A DNA stretch of 16,483 bases, from contig JAQGDQ010002056.1 in the NCBI GenBank assembly GCA_030141605.1, positions 1 through 16,483 on the forward strand, given 5' to 3'. The notes under the pieces were generated by a model. That model did no database searches. It saw nothing but the letters and a program-made list of their open reading frames with translations, and was not told the origin of the DNA. The position numbers and the translations under genes were made by a program. Origin of the DNA: Tubiluchus corallicola. Taxonomy: Eukaryota > Animalia > Priapulida. Numbering within the stretch: position 1 is the first letter of the stretch; the number at the start of each line of letters is the position of its first letter. Of this stretch, positions 11,141 through 16,483 are shown piece after piece.

Positions 11141-11508
11141 AGAAGACACGATGATTTTTCATATACTACCCCATTTTCAAGTCTCGTAAAAAGTATACAT
11201 TTTAACACGAGTAATACTACAAAAACGTTTCTGATAATTAAATAATAAATTAAAAACTTAATTAACGGCGAGCGTCAAAAACTAACACATCTAAACTGAG
11301 AGGTACAGCACCTCTTTTTGTGCAATGCATTTCAGAAAAGCAGGAGTTAGTGCCCATCTAACCAGCAAATGTGGCGAAATGCATATGACAGCGAAAAACT
11401 AGTGGCTTCACGTAAGTCATTTTTTAAAGACTTATAGTATGTTTCCTTTCAATATTTTAAAGAGTAGATTAGTTTGACCTGCAGTTTAGCATTGGGTCCG
11501 GTTTTGCT
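11141..11508 (-). mobile_element. Family B copy 2 (inverted, two internal deletions)
   Basis: Ends CCGGTTTTGCT|TTAA (TTAA at 11509-11512). Lacks about 37 bp and about 200 bp relative to copy 1. Confidence 0.75.
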
Positions 11509-11928
11509 TTAAACACTAAACATTTAATAAAATAGATAGGATTTGGGCTGAAGTGTTCCGTGTGAATAAATTTCAGCACCAGCATAGCAAATGATTGTAG
11601 GGTTGTGCATAGTCTGTGTGTTTCGACAGTTGAAGGCCCGTGAACTCCTTAATCCGCCCTTGGTAAGACCCAAAACGTCCACGTTTGTCTGGACACATAT
11701 ATTGAGATCCCGTTCATTAAAACTGCAACTTTTCAAATGCAGATTTGCCGGCTGACGTCACGGCGCCAATCAGAACAAGTCTGAGTTGACAATGATTGCT
11801 GTAATATTCACGTTCGTTGCATCAGAACGCCAGAGCGATTAATTCGTTTGTCGTTAAAATGAACGAGGAAATAAAACCGTCAGATACAAGTAACAGAAGT
11901 ACTGGCAGAATCTTAACGGTGTCCCTTC

Positions 11929-12464
11929 GAGCATTGCTGGGTTTGCATTTTGTCACATACAGCATTGCTGACTTTGCATTTTGTCACATAGAGCATTGCT
12001 GACTTTGCATTTTGTCACATAGAGCATTGCTGGCTTTGCATTTTGTCACATAGAGCATTGCTGACTTTGCATTTTGTCACATAGAGCATTGCTGGGTTTG
12101 CATTTTGTCACATACAGCATTGCTGACTTTACATTCTATCACATAAAGTATTGCTGACTTTGCATTTTTTCACATACAGCATTGCTGACTTGGCATTTTG
12201 TCCTGTAGAGCATTGCTGACTTTGCATTTTGTCACAAAAGCATTGCTGACATTGCATTTTGTCACATAGAGCATTATTGACTTTGCGTTTTGTCACATAG
12301 AGCATTGCTGACTTTGCATTTTGTCACATACAGCATTGCTGGCTTTGCATTTTGTCACATACAGCATTGTTGGCTTTGCATTTTGTCACATACAGCATTG
12401 CTGGGTTTGCATTTTGTCACATACAGCATTGTTGGCTTTGCATTTTGTCACATAGAGCATTGCT
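11929..12464. repeat. 31-bp minisatellite, ~17 copies
   Basis: Unit AGCATTGCTGACTTTGCATTTTGTCACATAS. Confidence 0.97.
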
Positions 12465-12471
12465 CGCTTGA

Positions 12472-12516
12472 AAACTGAGAAGCACAGCACCTGTTTTTTG
12501 CAATGCGTTTCAGAAA
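12472..12516 (-). mobile_element. Family B internal fragment
   Basis: AAACTGAGAAGCACAGCACCTGTTTTTTGCAATGCGTTTCAGAAA matches 11293-11339 and the reverse complement of ~1977-2019. Confidence 0.65.
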
Positions 12517-12677
12517 TGATGATGCAGTTCGCCGGGAGGATAGTGTATAGTGACTAACAGCCTGAATGGCAGCTAATCAGTCTTTCTTAAAGCACAAGAT
12601 AACCCTCCACTTACATACTGCCTTTCTGTATACAGAACTCGTGTCGGCAGTAGCGCTGTACAAAACATGTAATTTAA

Positions 12678-13180
12678 ACTCCGGTGATGACCGTTAGACG
12701 CAACCATTTTGACGATAAGTCATTGGAAACGAGTTTAGATAACATTGCGTGAAGTTTAAATGACTGTATCTTGTCAATAAGATCAAAAACACGTTTTTTG
12801 GTTAGTGAGTGGCGCACCCTGAATGGCGAATCAACGACATTTTCGCAATTGCTGAAAACATTTTAAATAATTAATAATTTTCTTTTCTAGTTACATAAGT
12901 CCTTCCAGCAGGTAAGCAAAATGCTAAGTAATATAATTTTGCGTGGAAAGTTTTTTTGGGACATAGTTTAAGATTTCCTTTTCTTCCCCTGATTTACGTT
13001 GTGCGTATATGACGTCATGTAATGGCGCGGTCGGAACAGTATTGCAGGAAGTTTAAAACGAAAAGAAACAAAAAATCTTTTCAGCACGAGAACGATATAC
13101 GAATAAAATTGCTATAAAGTAACATAATTTTTCAAGGTAATTTTTCTGAAACCTACTTCAGGTACCCCTTTTCTTGTCCT
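12678..13180 (-). mobile_element. Family A copy 3 (inverted, internal ~60 bp deletion, TTAA on both sides)
   Basis: TTAA at 12674-12677 and 13181-13184. Homology with the other copies stops at the right TTAA, which defines the element boundary. Confidence 0.8.
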
Positions 13181-13464
13181 TTAAGCTAATCTGTTTTCTT
13201 AATGTATATTTTCTATTCCATCATGCACTCACTTCGGACAAGACTTATGTGACTCAGCTTAATCATTGAGCTACAGTTGAGTCGTTAAATTACATGATCA
13301 GCTTAAGCTGCCTTGAGAGGTTTAACTCAGAGAAATAAATAGGAGCTTAGCACAGCATTATAGCTGCTGGTTAATCTCATCGAATCTCTGATTTACGCAC
13401 TCCTAAGTCCAAACACAAGCTAACTAACAAAGCAGTGTTTTTATGGTGTATGGAAAGGATCTCC

Positions 13465-14711
13465 GTAGTAACAGCAGCAGCAGAAGTAGCAGCAGCAGCA
13501 GTAGTAGAAGTAGCAGTAGTAACAGCAGCAGCAGCAGTAGTAGTAGTAGTAGTAGCGGCAGCAGTAGTAGCAGCAGCAGTAGTAAAAGTACTAGTAGTAA
13601 CAATAGTAGCAGTAGTAGTGGTAGCAGTAGTAGCAGGAGCAGTAGTAGTAGTAGCGGCAGCAGTAGTAGTAGTAGAGGCAGCAGTAGTAACAGGAGCAGC
13701 AGCAGTAGTAGTAGTAGCGGCAGTAGTAGTAACAGTAGCAGTAGTAAGAGTACCAGTAGTAACAATAGTAGCAGTAGTAGCGGCAGCAGTAGTAGCAGGA
13801 GCAGTAGTAGTAACAGTAGCAGTAGTAAGAGTACCAGTAGTAACAATAGTAGCAGTAGTAGTGGCAGCAGTAGTAACAGCAGCAGCAGCAGTAGTAGTAG
13901 TAGCGGCAGCAGTAGTAACAGCAGCAGCACCAGTAGTAGTAGTAGCGGCAGCAGTAGTAGCAGAAGCAATAGTAGTAGTCGCGGCAGCAGTAGTAGTTGT
14001 GTAAGCAGTAGTAGCAGGAGCAGTAGTAGTAACAGTAGCAGTAGCAAAAGTACTAGTAGTAACAATAGTAGCAGTAGTAGTGGCAGCAGTAGTAGCAGGA
14101 GCAGTAGTAGTAGTCGCGGCAGCAGTAGTAATAGTAGAGGCAGCAGTAGTAACAGGAGCAGCAGCAGTAGTAGTAGTAACAGTAGCAGTAGTAAGAGTAC
14201 CAGTAGTAACAATAGTAGCAGTAGTAGTGGAAGCAGTAGTAGCAGGAGCAGTAGTAGTAACAGTAGCAGTAGCAAAAGTACTAGTAGTAAGAATAGTAGC
14301 AGTAGTAGTGGCAGCAGTAGTAGCAGGAGCAGCAGCAGCCACAACAGTAGCAGCAGCAGCAGTAGCAGTAGTAGCGGCAGCAGCAGCAGCAGTAGTAGTA
14401 ACAGCAGCAGCAGTAGTAGTAACAGCAGCAGCAGTAGTAACAGCAGCAGCTGCAGCAGTAGTAGTAACAGTTGTAGCAACAGTAGTAGTAGTAGTAGCAG
14501 TAGTAGTAACAGCAGCAGAAGTAGTAGCAGTCGTAACAGCAGTAGCAGCAGCAGCAGTAGTAACACCAGTAGCAGTAGCAGTAGAGTAACACCAGTAGCA
14601 GTAGTAGCAGCAGCAGTAATAACAGCAGTAAGAGCAGTAGCAGTAGTAGCGGTAGCAGCAGCAGCAACTGCAGCAGTAGCAGTAGCAGTAGTAGTAACAG
14701 CAACAATAGTA
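13465..14711. repeat. (AGT/AGC)n trinucleotide tract with higher-order structure
   Basis: The marker AA(C/G)AATAGTAGC occurs at 13599, 13761, 13842, 14061, 14208 and 14289. Confidence 0.95.
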
Positions 14712-14775
14712 AAAATTCTATTCTACTGGCTAGACAACCATCAACCTATTCTACGGTACTATTATCTCACTTACT

Positions 14776-15590
14776 GGGACCATTCGTATGTCTGGGTCCA
14801 CTACTCTGTTTGAGGCCACTGTTTTCTGGGACGATCACTAGACTTGAGTCCACTACCTTGTTAGGGACCATTCGTATGTGTGCGTCCACAACTCTGTTTG
14901 AGACCACGGCTTTGTGAGGGACCACTGTTTTCTGGGACAATCACTAGACTTGAGTTTGCTAACTTGTTTGGGACCATTCGTATGCCTGTGTCCACTACTC
15001 TGTTTGAGGCAACTGCTTTGTGAGGGACCACTATTTTCTGGGACAATCACCAGACTTGAGTCTACTAACTTGTTTGGGACCATTCGTATGCCTGTGTCCA
15101 CTACTCTGTTTGAGGCAACTGCTTTGTGAGGGACCACTATTTTCTGGGACAATCACCAGACTTGAGTCTACTAACTTGTTTGGGACCATTCGTATGCCTG
15201 GGTCTACTACTCTGTTTGAGGCCACTGCTTTGTGTGGGACCACTATCATGTTTTGGGACCATTCGTATGCCTGGGTCCACTAATCTGTTTCAGACCACTG
15301 CTTTGTATGGGGCCACTATCATGTTTTGAAACCATTCGTATGCCTGGGTCTACTACTCTGTTTGAGGCCACTGCTTTGTGTGGGACCACTCTCATGTTTT
15401 GGGACAATTCGTATGCCTGGGTCCACTAATCTGTTTCAGACCACTGCTTTGTATGGGGCCACTACCTTGTTTGGGACCATTCTTATGTCTGGGTCCACTA
15501 CTCTGTTTGAGGCCACTGCTTTGTGTGGGACCACTGTTTTCTGGGACAATCATTAGACAAGTCCATTATGCTGTGTGGGACCACTGCTTT
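14776..15590. repeat. Composite minisatellite with 88/106/73-bp units built from ~18-bp subunits
   Basis: GGGACCATTCGTATG-like unit starts at 14776, 14864, 14970, 15076, 15182, 15255, 15328, 15401 and 15473. Confidence 0.95.
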
Positions 15591-15849
15591 TTTGTAACAA
15601 CTAGAGTTCAAGCTTGTTTAGTTGTCTTGCAGAAAATACTTCCATTAGTACTGTAACTCAAGCCTTATATGAACGGGTTCCTATTCAAATTTCATATTCA
15701 CAGCAATCTCTTCGCTGAAATCACACATAATACAAACGTGATTCATCATTCATTCAATTTCGTCATTAAGTTAAAAGTGTTAAGAAGTATAAGCTGAAGT
15801 GTTATGCTTGCTAGAAAGAGCAAACAATCTGTAGTATGGATAATTGATC

Positions 15850-15868
15850 GTTGCCGGGGCAACGGAAG
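15850..15868. promoter_or_regulatory. RFX X-box GTTGCCGGGGCAAC with adjoining ETS core CGGAAG
   Basis: Perfect 6+6 inverted repeat matching GTNRCC-N0-3-RGYAAC, in sequence not repeated elsewhere in the window and locally rich in CpG. Confidence 0.45.
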
Positions 15869-16113
15869 CTGGGATAAGCGTTCTGACGTTTCACGTTTGT
15901 AATTTGTAACCAAGTTGAAAAAAAGATTAATGATGCATGGATTACATTATTAATATACTAGAACTTTTATATGACTAACCCCAACCACTTACTCCAACCG
16001 AGTCACCTGGCACACAACGCGAGGACGAGTTTTGTGTGAGTGCCCAACCTATATCATAATTAAATTGCTTAGAGGAGTTCTGTTACTAACGAAAGTTTAC
16101 TTCTAGGGTTTAA

Positions 16114-16190
16114 AGGAAAACGGGACCCATCTTAAACTGTAGCTCAAAACAAGCTGCCATGTAAAATATTGACAGGGAACTTACTATTTT
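16114..16190 (+). mobile_element. Family B-related terminal fragment (diverged)
   Basis: TTAA|AGGAAAACGGGACCCATCTTAAACTGTAGCTCAAAACAA... aligns with 1771-1850. Right boundary is uncertain. Confidence 0.65.
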
Positions 16191-16402
16191 GTTCATATTA
16201 CATACAAGCATGTTGTTCACTCTTTGTGTCTTTACCATACTCTTGTAAATATTGTATTTGTATGCATTTTCCCCAACGCGTTTCATATATTGTATTGTTT
16301 TTATTATATTTTATTATTGGGAATAAAATGAAATAAATAATTATTACTCTCAACTTTCGCTGCTTTGCCCTGACAAGTGCGCTTAGAGTCATTAGAAGTT
16401 TG

Positions 16403-16483
16403 CTTCATAGAACTATTACCAACCATGTGAACGCAGCTTTCAAATTACTATAAACTCACTTCAAGGAACAATTACCAACCATG
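16403..16483. repeat. Direct repeat with 56-bp period at the window end (possible start of another array)
   Basis: ATTACCAACCATG at 16415 and 16471, each preceded by a similar CTTCA..GAAC. Confidence 0.6.

Noticed and set aside
11929-12464. CRISPR array (31-bp palindromic unit)
   Set aside because: No spacers; it is a head-to-tail minisatellite.
13424-14813. Poly-Leu, poly-Ser, Val/Ala and Tyr/Cys ORFs
   Set aside because: Overlapping frames of one trinucleotide tract.
14853-15656. Cluster of overlapping repeated ORFs
   Set aside because: Unit lengths of 106 and 73 bp are not multiples of 3, so the array is not frame-preserving.

Overview
AT-rich, repeat-dense eukaryotic genomic DNA, most likely from an invertebrate animal. 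It is not a prokaryotic locus: I see no operons, CRISPR, rRNA/tRNA genes or recognisable conserved CDS, and nearly all listed ORFs are artefacts of simple or tandem repeats. Well-supported content: (i) two short non-autonomous DNA-transposon families with TTAA|AG termini (Kolobok-like), 3-4 copies each in both orientations; two copies also share ~200-280 bp of flank, forming an inverted pair at 94-~895 / ~4720-5461; (ii) a minus-strand tRNA-derived SINE whose 3' end runs into a long trinucleotide microsatellite; (iii) four minisatellite arrays (~37, 44, 31 and composite 73/106 bp units); (iv) several microsatellites, including a 1.25 kb AGT/AGC tract with an 81-bp higher-order unit. Weaker leads: a chain of short GT-AG exons at 3267-5797 giving an unrecognised small ORF, a degenerate Penelope-type hammerhead motif at the window edge, an RFX X-box, and a signal-peptide-like poly-Asp ORF. 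No new biological system can be claimed with confidence.
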